In this document: positions 39,701-49,424 of the stretch, in pieces
Layout of the letters: each line of letters opens with the position of its first letter
Numbering within the stretch: position 1 is the stretch's first letter
NCBI GenBank assembly: GCA_965223325.1
Contig: CBDCWI010000001.1
Location: forward strand, 608,001 to 672,000
Origin: Candidatus Multivoradales bacterium
GTDB taxonomy: Bacteria; Acidobacteriota; Thermoanaerobaculia; Multivoradales; Multivoraceae
DNA length: 64,000 nucleotides
Reading direction: 5' to 3'
Translations under genes and position numbers: made by a program
The notes under the pieces: model-generated
Seen by the model: only the letters and a program-made list of their open reading frames with translations
Told to the model about the DNA's origin: nothing
Databases searched by the model: none

Positions 39701-41333
39701 TGAACTCGCACCTGGGTGCGACAGCGTCATCGGTGACCTGGCGGTCGGCGAGTCCACCTCCTACGAGTGCACCCTGGACAACGTTCAGGCGGACTTCACC
39801 AACGTCGCTGATGTGACCGGTGATCCGACCGATGGTGGTGATCCGGTCACTGACGACGATCCTTCCGATGTCGTTGTCCGTGACCCGGGCATCACCATCA
39901 CGAAGAGTGCGACCGATGGAACCGACTCCCAGACCCTCCGCACCGGCGGAACGGCAACCTGGGACATCACGGTCACCAACACTGGCGATATCGACCTCGA
40001 GAACGTCACCGTGACCGACGACCTCGCACCCGGGTGCGACAACGTCATCGGTGACCTGGCGGTCGGCGAGTCCACCTCCTACGAGTGCACCCTGGACAAC
40101 GTTCAGGCGGACTTCACCAACGTCGCTGACGTGACCGGTGATCCGACCGATGGTGGTGATCCGGTCACTGACGACGATCCTTCCGATGTCGTTGTCCGTG
40201 ACCCGGGCATTACCATCACGAAGAGTGCGACCGATGGGACGGACCTGCAGACCTTCAGAGTCGGGGGGACCGCTACCTGGGACATCACAGTCACCAACAC
40301 CGGTCAGGTTGACCTGACCAACGTCACAGTGACCGACGCCCTGGCACCGTTGTGCGACAGCGTCATCGGTGACCTCGCGGTTGGTGCCTCAACGACGTAC
40401 CAGTGCACCCTGGCAGACGTCCAGGCGGACTTCACCAACGTCGCTGACGTGACCGGTGATCCGACCGATGGTGGTGATCCGGTTACGGACACCGACCCCT
40501 CCGCCGTCGATGTCTACAACCCGGCAATCAGCATCGTGAAGAGCGCTATTGACGGCACCGACGAGCAGGCGGTTCCCAACGGCGGCACCGCCACCTGGAC
40601 CATCGTGGTCACCAACACCGGTGATGTCGAACTGACGAACGTCGTCGTGACCGATCCGCTGGCACCGAACTGTGTCAACGACATCGGCACTCTGGCGATC
40701 GGCGCTTCGGTCTCCTACACGTGCACCCTCGATGGTGTGACGGAGGACTTCACCAACACCGCGTTTGTCACTGGCACGCCCCCCGATGGTGGTGACGTAA
40801 CCGATGACGATCCTTCGAGCGTCACGGTTCCGCCGCCCATCGTGACCGACCTCGACGGAAACCGCACCATCGGCTTCTGGAAGAACCACTGCAACCGGTT
40901 CAAGAAGAACAACCCGGATGCCATCGACCAGATGCCGGTGATGCTCGGTGACCAGTTGGGCATTCCAGATCCGGATACCATCGCCGACGACGGCACCTTC
41001 GATGCCGACCAGGCGTGCGAGGATTCTGGAAACATCCTCGACAGTCGGGATCTCGACGGTCAGAAGCACGCCGAGGACGCCGCCTACAACCTCGCGAGCC
41101 AGCTGCTGGCCGCGAAGTACAACGCCAACCTGAGCGAGGGCACGACCGTCTGCGCCGCAGTCGGCGAGGCGATCGGCGACGCCGACGCCCTCCTGGCAGC
41201 CGTTGGGTTCAATGGCACGGGCGACTACCTCGTGCCGGGCGACGAGGACACGGCGGAAGATCGCGCCACTGCGATCGTCCTGGCGGACATCCTCGATCGC
41301 TACAACAACAGCGACATGACGGCGTGTGAGTGA
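36759..41333 (+). CDS. Large secreted acidic protein with DUF11-like Ig repeats (adhesin/surface protein)
   Basis: Signal peptide; repeated 'ITVTNTG..L.NV.VTD' units; C-terminal 'TIGFWKNH..LASQLLAAKYN' domain. Confidence 0.85.
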   Translation: MPTLVHRSRKLHALLLSVAVLVALVAVPAAAQTATPTDAFTFYVPFPESDADTVFSELLTGWTGDDTPDDHIVSVISIAVSGNGTVIYYDHHEDGFQPTFVGAPAGTVLIWGDGDASNGVPLGDRNGDSTIDDLDDFLLAGDVIALRDDIPLPDSSATLRFDGGDKLGASRPIAVTRIAWDIDAGALLAGAVEVYAVSEYGTQYVLPIGENLATIDEGMFSRTYASIMASEDNTLVEARIAGGSGTWVAIGTINEGESLLYPQSNAGLEIRASSPVQVHLATGQTYAEGGKFESRWFSLSQDDFLGGEYFTPASTTVQGTGTLLNPTSAFVYNPNAATISVWVESSGAATFCADITGFSTQRFDLPGGAYTGTGSVKTGDGTHLIASATAVCNVDPVPTSSDTEISAVAAVNALPQADTSAPDNDTWDWGYSLIPVSRLTTQGLVGWGPGFDLADPTGATSTVNGSPIWVIATVDGTTVVADWDGADVSVVLDKYETVQFADPDLDNTGTRIFSLQGPDGVDKPIAIAWGENSEVANVARPFLDVGTSVYPLPAFTLRKEVALADDVDMNGVYDAGDTVLYTINVINEKQGALRNIRVWDILPDSLIYEEGTTSLLHPDGTRTAIADDDPADDPTPFPLDGDGVVIGDLSIFEDGYQVSFEATIRGDLEVEYGEMIINNACAVATNAQEDCDDSTFLIHQPAIDLEKSVIIDDGVSDLADLCADAEQSTTGATGTAIYYCFTITNTGNTYLSDLVFVDDDLSIALGDLTLVSGSTALMAPGDSAVYAYSSTIGDAYFLNTADVTGNPTDNQGNDLPGVDDVTDDDDAEVTPWDPSIEIVKDPDNQTVRVGGTAMWNITVTNTGNVLLTNVTVTDTIAPDCDHFIGDLEPGVENAVTYTCELQDVTEDFTNVAVVKGDDPDGEPVEDDDDADVDVTNPGISIDKAAKDGTDSQTVRTDGTATWDITVTNTGDIDLENVTVTDELAPGCDSVIGDLAVGESTSYECTLDNVQADFTNVADVTGDPTDGGDPVTDDDPSDVVVRDPGITITKSATDGTDSQTLRTGGTATWDITVTNTGDIDLENVTVTDDLAPGCDNVIGDLAVGESTSYECTLDNVQADFTNVADVTGDPTDGGDPVTDDDPSDVVVRDPGITITKSATDGTDLQTFRVGGTATWDITVTNTGQVDLTNVTVTDALAPLCDSVIGDLAVGASTTYQCTLADVQADFTNVADVTGDPTDGGDPVTDTDPSAVDVYNPAISIVKSAIDGTDEQAVPNGGTATWTIVVTNTGDVELTNVVVTDPLAPNCVNDIGTLAIGASVSYTCTLDGVTEDFTNTAFVTGTPPDGGDVTDDDPSSVTVPPPIVTDLDGNRTIGFWKNHCNRFKKNNPDAIDQMPVMLGDQLGIPDPDTIADDGTFDADQACEDSGNILDSRDLDGQKHAEDAAYNLASQLLAAKYNANLSEGTTVCAAVGEAIGDADALLAAVGFNGTGDYLVPGDEDTAEDRATAIVLADILDRYNNSDMTACE
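39564..40517 (+). repeat. 318-bp (106-aa) tandem repeats, two nearly identical
   Basis: gatggaaccgactcccagacc at 39597 and 39915; gacccgggcat at 39882 and 40200; more diverged units flank them. Confidence 0.9.
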
Positions 41334-41383
41334 GTCCTACCTCCGCGTAGGTTGGTAGCGACCGACAGGTCGTGACCGCATTG

Positions 41384-41425
41384 CGCCCCCTTCCTGCCTC
41401 CGGGCGGAAGGGGGCGTTCTTGTTT
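41384..41425 (+). terminator. Intrinsic terminator
   Basis: cgcccccttcc/ggaagggggcg stem followed by ttcttgttt. Confidence 0.8.
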
Positions 41426-41481
41426 CCGAAGGTGCCGCTGGAGCGCGCTACGATGATCCTCTCCCTCGAAAAGGATCCTCA

Positions 41482-42969
41482 ATGGTGGCTCTCGCTACTC
41501 TCTCTTCTCCCTTTCTGGCACCTCAGAGGGCCGTCGTTGCCCTCCTCTTAGCCAGCGCAGTCGGCTCCGCAGGTCATGCAACCTCCGACTGGGCCATGTT
41601 TCGTGGCCCCAACGGCCAGGGCATCGCCGAGGTGGGTGCCCTGCCCACGGAAATCGGCCCCGAGAAGGCACTGATTTGGCGCCTGGAAATACCACCCGGG
41701 TCCTCGTCTCCGGTGCTCTTTGGCGACCGCATCTATCTCACGGGCTACGACGGAGATGATCTGCTCGTACTCGCGATCGACGTTTCCGGCCAGGAGGCCT
41801 GGCGCAAGACGGTACCTCGCACCCGCCACGAGAAACTCGACAACAGGAACGACCCGGCGTCGCCCTCGGTGGCGGTCGACGAACGTGGCGTGGTGGCGTT
41901 CTTTGGCGACTTCGGCCTCATCGCCTACGACCACCAGGGCCAGGAGCAGTGGAGGAAAGCGCTCGGGCCGTTCAACAACCTCTACGGCGTGGGAGCCTCA
42001 CCCGTGATCCATGGCGACATGGTCGTGCTTTCAGTCGACCAACAGCAGGGATCTTTCCTGAAGGCTTTCTCTCGCTCGTCGGGCGAGACCGTCTGGGAGA
42101 CCCGCCGCCCCGAGGCCAAGACCGGGCACTCCACCCCGATCTTGTATGAGCCGGAGGGCGGGAAACCGCAGCTCATTCTGCCGGGCTCGTTCTTTCTCAC
42201 CGGCTACGACCTGGCCACCGGCCGAAAGCTGTGGTGGGTGCATGGGCTGTCGTTCGAGATGAAGTCTGTGCCAGTGATCGGCGCTGGCCACATCTTCATC
42301 AACGGCTACGGTTCTCAGTTCAACGACCCGGACAAGAGCGTAGCCACGATGGAGTGGGCTGAGGCGATCCGAAAGAGCGACGAGAACGCCGATGGCCAGA
42401 TTTCGGAAGACGAGCTCGCCCACGACCAGTTCGCGCACGGATGGTTCGGCTTCAACGACCTCAACCAGGACGGCCGATTGAGCGAAGTCGAGTGGCAGTA
42501 CTTTCGTGACGCCTTGGCCACTCGCAACAACATGATGGCGGTTCGGCTCCCTTTGGCAGATGAGCGCGGCGATCTCACCGGAACGCACATCAGCTGGCAG
42601 TACTTCAGGAACGTCCCGCAGCTGCCATCGCCGGTGCTCTACAGGGGCGTCTTGTGGATGATCAGCGATCGCGGCATCGCGACCACCTTCGAACCGCGCA
42701 CAGGGATGATCATCAACCAGGGTCGCATTGCCGGCGGTGCGGAGAGCTACTACGCCAGCCCGATAGCGGCCGACGGCAAGATCTGGCTCGCGGCCCGCTC
42801 GGGCCTGGTCTCGGTCATGCCAGCGGATGGCCACCTCGAACCACTCCATCAGGTCGAGCTCGACGAAACCATCACCGCCACTCCGGCACTCGCGCCGGGG
42901 CGGCTCTACGTGCGCACCAACAAGGCCCTCTGGGCATTTGCCTCGGCGCCTGCCGAAGGCTCGAACTGA
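41482..42969 (+). CDS. PQQ-binding-like beta-propeller protein with EF-hand insert
   Basis: 'DWAMFRGPNGQG', repeated SSP/W motifs, 'DENADGQISEDE', 'DLNQDGRLSEVE'. Confidence 0.85.
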   Translation: MVALATLSSPFLAPQRAVVALLLASAVGSAGHATSDWAMFRGPNGQGIAEVGALPTEIGPEKALIWRLEIPPGSSSPVLFGDRIYLTGYDGDDLLVLAIDVSGQEAWRKTVPRTRHEKLDNRNDPASPSVAVDERGVVAFFGDFGLIAYDHQGQEQWRKALGPFNNLYGVGASPVIHGDMVVLSVDQQQGSFLKAFSRSSGETVWETRRPEAKTGHSTPILYEPEGGKPQLILPGSFFLTGYDLATGRKLWWVHGLSFEMKSVPVIGAGHIFINGYGSQFNDPDKSVATMEWAEAIRKSDENADGQISEDELAHDQFAHGWFGFNDLNQDGRLSEVEWQYFRDALATRNNMMAVRLPLADERGDLTGTHISWQYFRNVPQLPSPVLYRGVLWMISDRGIATTFEPRTGMIINQGRIAGGAESYYASPIAADGKIWLAARSGLVSVMPADGHLEPLHQVELDETITATPALAPGRLYVRTNKALWAFASAPAEGSN

Positions 42970-43146
42970 AACCTCCGAGAGCCCCATGTGAGGCAGGCGA
43001 GCTGCCCGCGCGAACCGGCCCATCGGCGACCTCCCGAAGTGTTCAGGGCGCGCGAACTCTTTGGTACGCTTCGCCCGCCGCAAGAATCAAACCAAATGTG
43101 ACAGGGTCCATACAAGGCCCGAGAACGCCCAGCGGAGACTCCACGC

Positions 43147-43680
43147 ATGTCTGAGCGCAACCACCCCACCAACACCAACACCCGTTCGCTACGAGGAGCC
43201 GCGGTTGCCGCTGCTCTGCTCCTCGCTCTCCTGGTCTCGCTGGCCACGATGCAATCGGTGAGCGCTCAGGCTGCCTCGCAGGGCCAGGCCGCCTCCGCGG
43301 GTGCGAGTGGCGCGCCCGATCCGAGTGACACCGAGGCGGCACGCGAGTGGGCGGCGCTGGTGCAGCGTGGTGCCTACCTGGCCAACCACGTTTCGATGTG
43401 CGTCGAATGCCATTCGCCGCGTGACCGCGAGGGCGACCTCCGCGGCGACCGCCTCTTCACGGGCGGCCCCATGCCGGTCACCAACCCCTTTGCCGGCGCG
43501 CGCTGGGCCTTTACCGCACCCAACCTGCGCCGGGTCCCGGGCTACACCCAGGATGAGTTCATCCACTTCATGGCCAGCGGCGAAACGCCCAACGGCACAG
43601 AGGCCCGCGGGCCCATGCCCCAGTTCCGCATGCAACCGCGAGACGCGCGCGCTTTGTGGGCCTACTTGTACTCGCTGTAG
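43147..43680 (+). CDS. Monoheme cytochrome c
   Basis: Signal peptide, 'RGAYL..CVECHSPR', 'APNL', distal 'PMP'. Confidence 0.88.
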   Translation: MSERNHPTNTNTRSLRGAAVAAALLLALLVSLATMQSVSAQAASQGQAASAGASGAPDPSDTEAAREWAALVQRGAYLANHVSMCVECHSPRDREGDLRGDRLFTGGPMPVTNPFAGARWAFTAPNLRRVPGYTQDEFIHFMASGETPNGTEARGPMPQFRMQPRDARALWAYLYSL

Positions 43681-43718
43681 CGGACCGAGAGCGGCCGCAG
43701 TCGAACAGCGCGGCGTCG

Positions 43719-45497
43719 CTAGCCGCCGCGACCGGCCAGCCACTTCCTGAGCTCTGCAGCCGACCAGGTGTTGATGCAGGCGTCTCGCCGTAGGGCGGCC
43801 CGGCGCGCGACCAGCACCCCGTAAGGGCGATACCCAAAGCCGACCTCGGAGTGGGCGTCGGTATTGATCGAGATCTTGCAGCCGGCGGCGACTGCCAGGC
43901 GCACGTGGGCGTCGCGAAGGTCGAGGCGGCGGGGGTTGGCGTTGATCTCGAGCGCCACATCGTTTCGCACGGCGCACTCGACGAGGGCGTCCATGTCGGG
44001 CTCGAGGCCTCGTCGTCGGCCGATGATGCGCCCCGTGGGGTGACCGAGAATGTCGACGTGTGGGTTGGAAAGAGCGCGCAGTAGACGCTGGGTGGCAGTC
44101 TCTCTGTCTTGTGACAAGGAGGCGTGAGGCGAGGCCACCACCAGGTCGAGTTCCGCCAGCAGATCGTCGGGGTAGTCGAGCGACCCATCGGGAAGAATGT
44201 CGACCTCGGAACCAGCCAAGAGCGCAATGGCCGCGTGGCGCTCGTTGGCCTCGCGAATGGCATCGGCATGTCTCCTCAGGCGATCGGCGTCGAGCCCGTT
44301 GGCGAGGACCGAGCTCACCGAATGGTCGGTGATCGCCAGAACTTTCATGCCCGCCGCAATCGCGGCTTCGGCAAGCGCGTCGATCTCGAGTTTGCCGTCC
44401 GACGCCACGGTATGGCTGTGGAGCTCGGCGATGAGGTCACCGCCCTCGATGAGATCGTCCGGTACCCCTGCCTCGCCGAGTTCGCCGCGGTCCTCGCGCA
44501 ACTCGGGCGGGATGTAGGTGAGGCCAAAGACCTCGTAGACTTCCTCCTCGCTGGCCGCCGCCAGGGGTTTGGCCCCCTGATCTTGCGGCCGCTCCTCGGT
44601 CCCTTCGAACAGCCCAAACTCGTTGAGATGTCGTTTCTGGCGAATGGCCAGAGCCCGCAGGCGCACGTTGTGCTCCTTCGAGCCGGTGAAGTACATGAGG
44701 GCCGCCCCCCAGACTTCGGGCGGCACAATGCGCAAATCGACCTGGACCGCAGTCCCCGATTCAAAGAAACGCACCGAGCACTTCCCGGGTCCTTTCGCTA
44801 AGACCTGCTCGACGCCGTCGAGATTGAGAAAGCAGTTTGCGACCGTCGCAATCGTCTCCTCGCCTCGGCAGGCAGCGAGGATGTCGATGTCACCGATGGT
44901 TTCGCGCCCGCGCCGCAGGCTGCCTGCCCAGGACGCCCGTTCGACACCTTCGATCGCCGAGAGCACGGCGGTGATCTTCTCGGCAATGGGCAGCGCCTTG
45001 CCAATCGGAATGCGGCCCCGGCTGCGGCTCGAGAAGTCGATCGCACGGCGGATGTTGTCGATCGTCTTCTGCCCCATGCGCGGCAGTTCGAGGAGCTCGG
45101 GGCTGTCGAGTGCGTCTTCGAGCTCTGCCAACGAGGTGATCGAGAGCTCCTTCCACATCGCTTTGACCGTCTTGGGTCCGAGGCCCGGAATGGAGAGAAT
45201 CTCGAAGAGACCCGCGGGAACTTTCTCGAGCATCTTCGTGTGATCGCTGATCTCGCCGCGATCGAAATGCTCGAGCAGCCGGCGGGCGGCGCCTGAGCCG
45301 ATATCGTCGATCGCCTGCAGGCGCTTGTCGGCGGTTGCGCGATCTTCGGCGATGAGGTCGTAGATGTTCTCGTCCATGTCGCGCAACCGACGCGCGACCC
45401 GCCGGTGGGAGTTGGCGCGAAACGAGTTGCCACCCTGCAGCTCGACGCCGGCAGCAAGTTGGTCGAAGAGTTGTTGAAGTTGTTTGTTCGTTGTCAC
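43719..45497 (-). CDS. polX: DNA polymerase X / PHP 3'-5' exonuclease
   Basis: HhH 'IPGLGPK', 'AGSLRRG.ETIGDID', 'VDLRIV', 'YFTGSKEHN', PHP 'LHSH..SDG', 'TDHS', 'NTDAH'. Confidence 0.93.
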   Translation of the reverse strand: MTTNKQLQQLFDQLAAGVELQGGNSFRANSHRRVARRLRDMDENIYDLIAEDRATADKRLQAIDDIGSGAARRLLEHFDRGEISDHTKMLEKVPAGLFEILSIPGLGPKTVKAMWKELSITSLAELEDALDSPELLELPRMGQKTIDNIRRAIDFSSRSRGRIPIGKALPIAEKITAVLSAIEGVERASWAGSLRRGRETIGDIDILAACRGEETIATVANCFLNLDGVEQVLAKGPGKCSVRFFESGTAVQVDLRIVPPEVWGAALMYFTGSKEHNVRLRALAIRQKRHLNEFGLFEGTEERPQDQGAKPLAAASEEEVYEVFGLTYIPPELREDRGELGEAGVPDDLIEGGDLIAELHSHTVASDGKLEIDALAEAAIAAGMKVLAITDHSVSSVLANGLDADRLRRHADAIREANERHAAIALLAGSEVDILPDGSLDYPDDLLAELDLVVASPHASLSQDRETATQRLLRALSNPHVDILGHPTGRIIGRRRGLEPDMDALVECAVRNDVALEINANPRRLDLRDAHVRLAVAAGCKISINTDAHSEVGFGYRPYGVLVARRAALRRDACINTWSAAELRKWLAGRGG

Positions 45498-45539
45498 GCC
45501 CGTCGCCCCCTGTACCAGTTCCTCATCACGACCGCACGC

Positions 45540-46238
45540 CTACTCGAGCAGCCGGTGATGTTGGCCGTGCAAAGCTCGGAAAAAGGGAACCTGGTGTTCG
45601 GTACGAAGCTCCCCGTGGCGGTCCAGCATGGCCCGGATCTCGGCCAGGATGGCGCGCGTGATGTTGGGGGTCTCGAGTGCCTCGGCGTCTCCAAAGGAGA
45701 CCCAGCTCGTCTCCCCCAGCTCTCCAGTGCCCGAAAGCGCGCCGTCGGTGTGCTTGGCATCGGCAACGAAAAAGCGTGCATCAAAACGCTTCGGGCGGTA
45801 CGGCGGCGTGATCGCTCGCGCAAGGTAGTGCAGATGGCCCAGGGCTGGCAGCTGACCCTGATCGAGGAATCCCTGCCACTCACGACGAACGCGCGAGGGA
45901 ACCTCTCCCGGCACCGCGAGACGAAGCCCGGTTTCCTCCCAGGTCTCACGCACCGCGGCGATTCCCAGAGCCCGTGCCCGATGCGATGAGCAACCACACT
46001 CGAGGCGTCGCCGCACAGCGGTCCTGAGATCTGACGCATAGGGCGTGTAGCCATCGGCCCGATCGACTCGCCCGCCGGGGAAAATCCACAGATCCGACCA
46101 CTGATCACGGATCCGGCGTCTCCCCATCAGCACGCACGGCTGGCCTCCTTCAAAGCGCACCAGCACCATCGTCGCCGCGTCGCGGGGACGGCTCGCCCGG
46201 CGGTGCCCCCTGGTTGTCGCCTGCACCTGCTTCGCCAT
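45540..46238 (-). CDS. NUDIX hydrolase
   Basis: 'RDAAT', 'FPGGRVD', 'AAVRETWEETG', 'ITPP..RFDARFF'. The track ORF over-extends upstream; TATCAT lies 7 nt before ATG 46238. Confidence 0.88.
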   Translation of the reverse strand: MAKQVQATTRGHRRASRPRDAATMVLVRFEGGQPCVLMGRRRIRDQWSDLWIFPGGRVDRADGYTPYASDLRTAVRRRLECGCSSHRARALGIAAVRETWEETGLRLAVPGEVPSRVRREWQGFLDQGQLPALGHLHYLARAITPPYRPKRFDARFFVADAKHTDGALSGTGELGETSWVSFGDAEALETPNITRAILAEIRAMLDRHGELRTEHQVPFFRALHGQHHRLLE

Positions 46239-46298
46239 CCCTAGGATGATAGTCGGATGGTTGAGCACCCCGGGGCAGGGTTGTGAGATCGTCGTTGA

Positions 46299-47333
46299 AT
46301 GGCCCTCAGTTTCAACGTGTCGGTTCTCGAACTCGAGACCACGATCCCCTTCCACACCGCCCGAGCTGGCGGTGCAATCTGGCACAACGTCCTCCTCGAG
46401 CTCACCTCGGGCGGGTTCACCGGCCGCGGTGAAGCGGCACCGCGACCGTTCTACGGCGAAAGCCCCGAGAAAGTGCGTAAGGCCATCATTCGTGCCCTTC
46501 GGCCCCTCGCCTCGACCGAAGAACTGACCGCTGGCTACCTCCAAGACGTCGGAGAACACTCGCGAGCCGCGCAGTGCGCGCTCGACACCGCGCGGCTCGA
46601 CCTCCTCGCGCAGCGTGAAGGCATGCCCCTCCACACCTTCCTGGCAGAGCAATTCGGATTTCGAGATCGCACGCTTCCGGCAACCAGCATGACCGTCGGC
46701 CTCGACGAGCCCGAGACAATGGCGGCCACCGCAACCGGTTTCGGTGACTGGCCGATCCTCAAGATCAAACTCGACAACTCGCGACCGATCGAGACGCTCC
46801 GAGCCATTCGCTCGGTCAGCGAGGCAACTCTGCGGGTCGACGGCAACACTGCCTGGACGGCGAACCAGGTCCTGGAATTGTCCCCGGTCTTTGAAGAAAC
46901 CGGCGTCGACCTCCTCGAGCAGCCGCTCGCGGCCACCGACCATGCGGGGCTCGAGGCACTCTTCGGCAACCTCCCGATGGCGCTCTATATCGACGAGAGC
47001 GTGACCGGGCCGCAAGACGTAACCCAGCTGGCCGGTTGCGTCGACGGGGTCAACCTCAAGCTCGCGAAATGTGGCGGGCCGACCCGGACTTTCGAATGTG
47101 TCGAGCGCGCCCGCGAGCACGGCCTGGGCGTAATGCTCGGCTGCTTCGTCGAGTCGTCGGTTGCCATCGCCGCGGCGGCGGCGCTCGGCGGCGCAGTGGA
47201 CCATCTCGACCTCGATGGCTCGATGTTGCTGCGACGGGACCCGTACCAGGGCCTCGAGATCTCAGCCGGCGCCATGGCTCGATCCAGCGCCCCCGGCCTC
47301 GGTCTCGTGGCCGCACCCGTAACGTCCGGCTAG
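46299..47333 (+). CDS. Dipeptide (L-Ala-D/L-Glu) epimerase, enolase superfamily
   Basis: 'KIKL', 'VDGN', 'EQP', 'DES', 'NLKLAKCGG', 'DLDG'. Confidence 0.88.
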   Translation: MALSFNVSVLELETTIPFHTARAGGAIWHNVLLELTSGGFTGRGEAAPRPFYGESPEKVRKAIIRALRPLASTEELTAGYLQDVGEHSRAAQCALDTARLDLLAQREGMPLHTFLAEQFGFRDRTLPATSMTVGLDEPETMAATATGFGDWPILKIKLDNSRPIETLRAIRSVSEATLRVDGNTAWTANQVLELSPVFEETGVDLLEQPLAATDHAGLEALFGNLPMALYIDESVTGPQDVTQLAGCVDGVNLKLAKCGGPTRTFECVERAREHGLGVMLGCFVESSVAIAAAAALGGAVDHLDLDGSMLLRRDPYQGLEISAGAMARSSAPGLGLVAAPVTSG

Positions 47334-47570
47334 CGGCCGAGCAGTGCTCGAACCGCGGCGCTCAGGAAGATAGGGTTGAGGGTCTAGCGCGTGGTGCTCT
47401 TGGGCACTCCTCTACCGTGGCGGCAGCGTCTCAGAGAAGCGAGTGCTCTGCGCCATGCGCAGCAAGCTCTGCGACTCCGCAAACCTCGAACCTTGCGCAA
47501 GGTTCTAAGAGGACAAGACATCCAAGACGACATCTACAGGAGTCGTCTCCCCCCAAAGGTCCAGTCAGCC

Positions 47571-49382
47571 ATGACCACCAAAGCCAAAGACGCCTCCCTG
47601 GCCGCCCCTCCCGGCGGTTCCTTCCTTCTGCAGTCTCTCCACGAAGGCGAGATCCTCACCCCCAGCCTGCTGACCGACGAGCAGCGTGCGATCGGAGATG
47701 TCGCGAGACGCCTGGAAGAAACCGAGATTTTGCCGATCATCGATCGCCTCGAAGCCAAGGAGCCAGGCCTGATGCGCAAGATGCTCGAGCGTGCTGGTGA
47801 ACTCGGTCTCCTGATGATCTCGATCCCCGAGGAGTACGGCGGGCTCGGGCAAGGCAAGGCGACCATGATGCTGGCCACCGAATCGTTCAGCCGCTCCGCC
47901 AGCTTCGCGGTCTCGGTCGGCGCCCACGTCGGCATCGGCACCCTGCCCCTGGTCTACTTCGGAACCGACGAGCAAAAACAGCGCTACCTGCCCCGCCTGG
48001 CCACCGGTGAGTGGATCGCCGCCTACGCCCTCACCGAGCCCGACTCCGGCTCCGACGCCCTCGCCGCCCGCACCACGGCCACCCATTCAGAGGACAAAAA
48101 GCACTACGTTCTAAACGGTAGCAAGCAGTGGATCACCAACGCCGGCTTCGCCGACCTGTTCGTGGTCTTCGCCCAGCTCGAAGACGCCGGCTTCAGCGCC
48201 TTCCTCGTCGAGCGCACTTTCGACGGTCTCGCCGTCGGTCCCGAAGAGCACAAACACGGCATCCGCGGCTCCTCCACCTGCGCTCTAACCTTCGAAGACG
48301 TTCATGTACCGGCCGAGAATCTCCTCGGTGAGCCGGGCGAGGCCCACCGCATCGCCTTCAACATCCTGAACGTCGGTCGTGCCCGCCTGGGCGTCGGCAC
48401 CCTGGGAGGAGCCAAAGCCGCCCTCGACCTCGCGACCACCTACGGCAGCCAACGCCAGCAGTTCGGCAAGGCACTCACCGAGTTCGGCCTCATCCGCAAC
48501 AAGCTCGCTGAGATCACCAGCCGCGTCTTCGCCGGCGAAGCCCTCTCCTACCGTACTGCGGGAATGATGGATGCGAAGTACGACGCGCTGGTCGAAGAAG
48601 GCAAAGACCCCGGCAACGAAGCGACCCAGGCCGCGGTCGAGGAGTACGCCATCGAGGCGTCGCTGATGAAGGTCTACGGCAGCGAAGCGCTCGACTTCGC
48701 CACCGACGAGGCTCAGCAGATCCACGGCGGCTACGGCTACATGACCGAGTACGAGATCGAACGCGCCGTACGCGACGCCCGCATCAATCGAATCTTCGAG
48801 GGCACCAACGAGATCAACCGCCTACTCCTGGTGGGCACACTGCTCAAGCGCGCCATGCGTCAGCAGATTCCCCTACTTGCAGCGGTCGCCGAAGTCGAAG
48901 CCGCCCTGGCGAGCGGCAACGAGCCACCGGCACCCCAAACCACTCCTTGGCTAGAGGGCCTCGAGATCGACATCGAACGCATGCGCAACGCCGCCCTGGT
49001 AGCCACCGCCCACGCCGTCAGAACCCACGGCATGGCCATCGAAGAACAACAGGCCACCCTCGCCGCCATCGCCGACATGCTCATCGACATCTACGCCGCC
49101 GACTCCGCCACCCGCCGCACCCTCCAACGCGGCGGAAAAGACAAGAGCGGACCGCAGGCCGACCTCTTCCTCGACTGCACCACCGTCTTCACCGCCCAGG
49201 CCAGAACCCGCGTCTTCACCAACGCCCGCAACATAATCTGCGCCGCCCTCGAAGCCGACGCCCAGAGCGCCGCCCTGGCCCAGGTCGACCGACTAGACCA
49301 ACAAGACCCCTTCGACCTCTTCGCCGCCCGCGAGCGAATCGCCAAAGAAGTCATTGCTAAAGAAGGCTGGCCCATCCGCTAG
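47571..49382 (+). CDS. Acyl-CoA dehydrogenase (long, VLCAD/FadE-like)
   Basis: 'ALTEPDSGSDA', 'NGSKQWITN', 'QQFGK', 'QIHGGYGY', 'IFEGTNEI'. Confidence 0.93.
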   Translation: MTTKAKDASLAAPPGGSFLLQSLHEGEILTPSLLTDEQRAIGDVARRLEETEILPIIDRLEAKEPGLMRKMLERAGELGLLMISIPEEYGGLGQGKATMMLATESFSRSASFAVSVGAHVGIGTLPLVYFGTDEQKQRYLPRLATGEWIAAYALTEPDSGSDALAARTTATHSEDKKHYVLNGSKQWITNAGFADLFVVFAQLEDAGFSAFLVERTFDGLAVGPEEHKHGIRGSSTCALTFEDVHVPAENLLGEPGEAHRIAFNILNVGRARLGVGTLGGAKAALDLATTYGSQRQQFGKALTEFGLIRNKLAEITSRVFAGEALSYRTAGMMDAKYDALVEEGKDPGNEATQAAVEEYAIEASLMKVYGSEALDFATDEAQQIHGGYGYMTEYEIERAVRDARINRIFEGTNEINRLLLVGTLLKRAMRQQIPLLAAVAEVEAALASGNEPPAPQTTPWLEGLEIDIERMRNAALVATAHAVRTHGMAIEEQQATLAAIADMLIDIYAADSATRRTLQRGGKDKSGPQADLFLDCTTVFTAQARTRVFTNARNIICAALEADAQSAALAQVDRLDQQDPFDLFAARERIAKEVIAKEGWPIR

Positions 49383-49424
49383 GAAGCCCCCTTAGACCCG
49401 CGAAATCCCAGAACCACCCCAGTC

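Noticed and set aside
39564-40517. Near-identical repeats as a diversity-generating retroelement template/variable pair
   Set aside because: In-frame tandem domains, differences are not adenine-specific, and no reverse transcriptase is present.
46239-47204. Apparent N-terminal extension of the NUDIX ORF to 554 aa
   Set aside because: It is the antisense of the epimerase gene; a -10 box marks the start at 46238.
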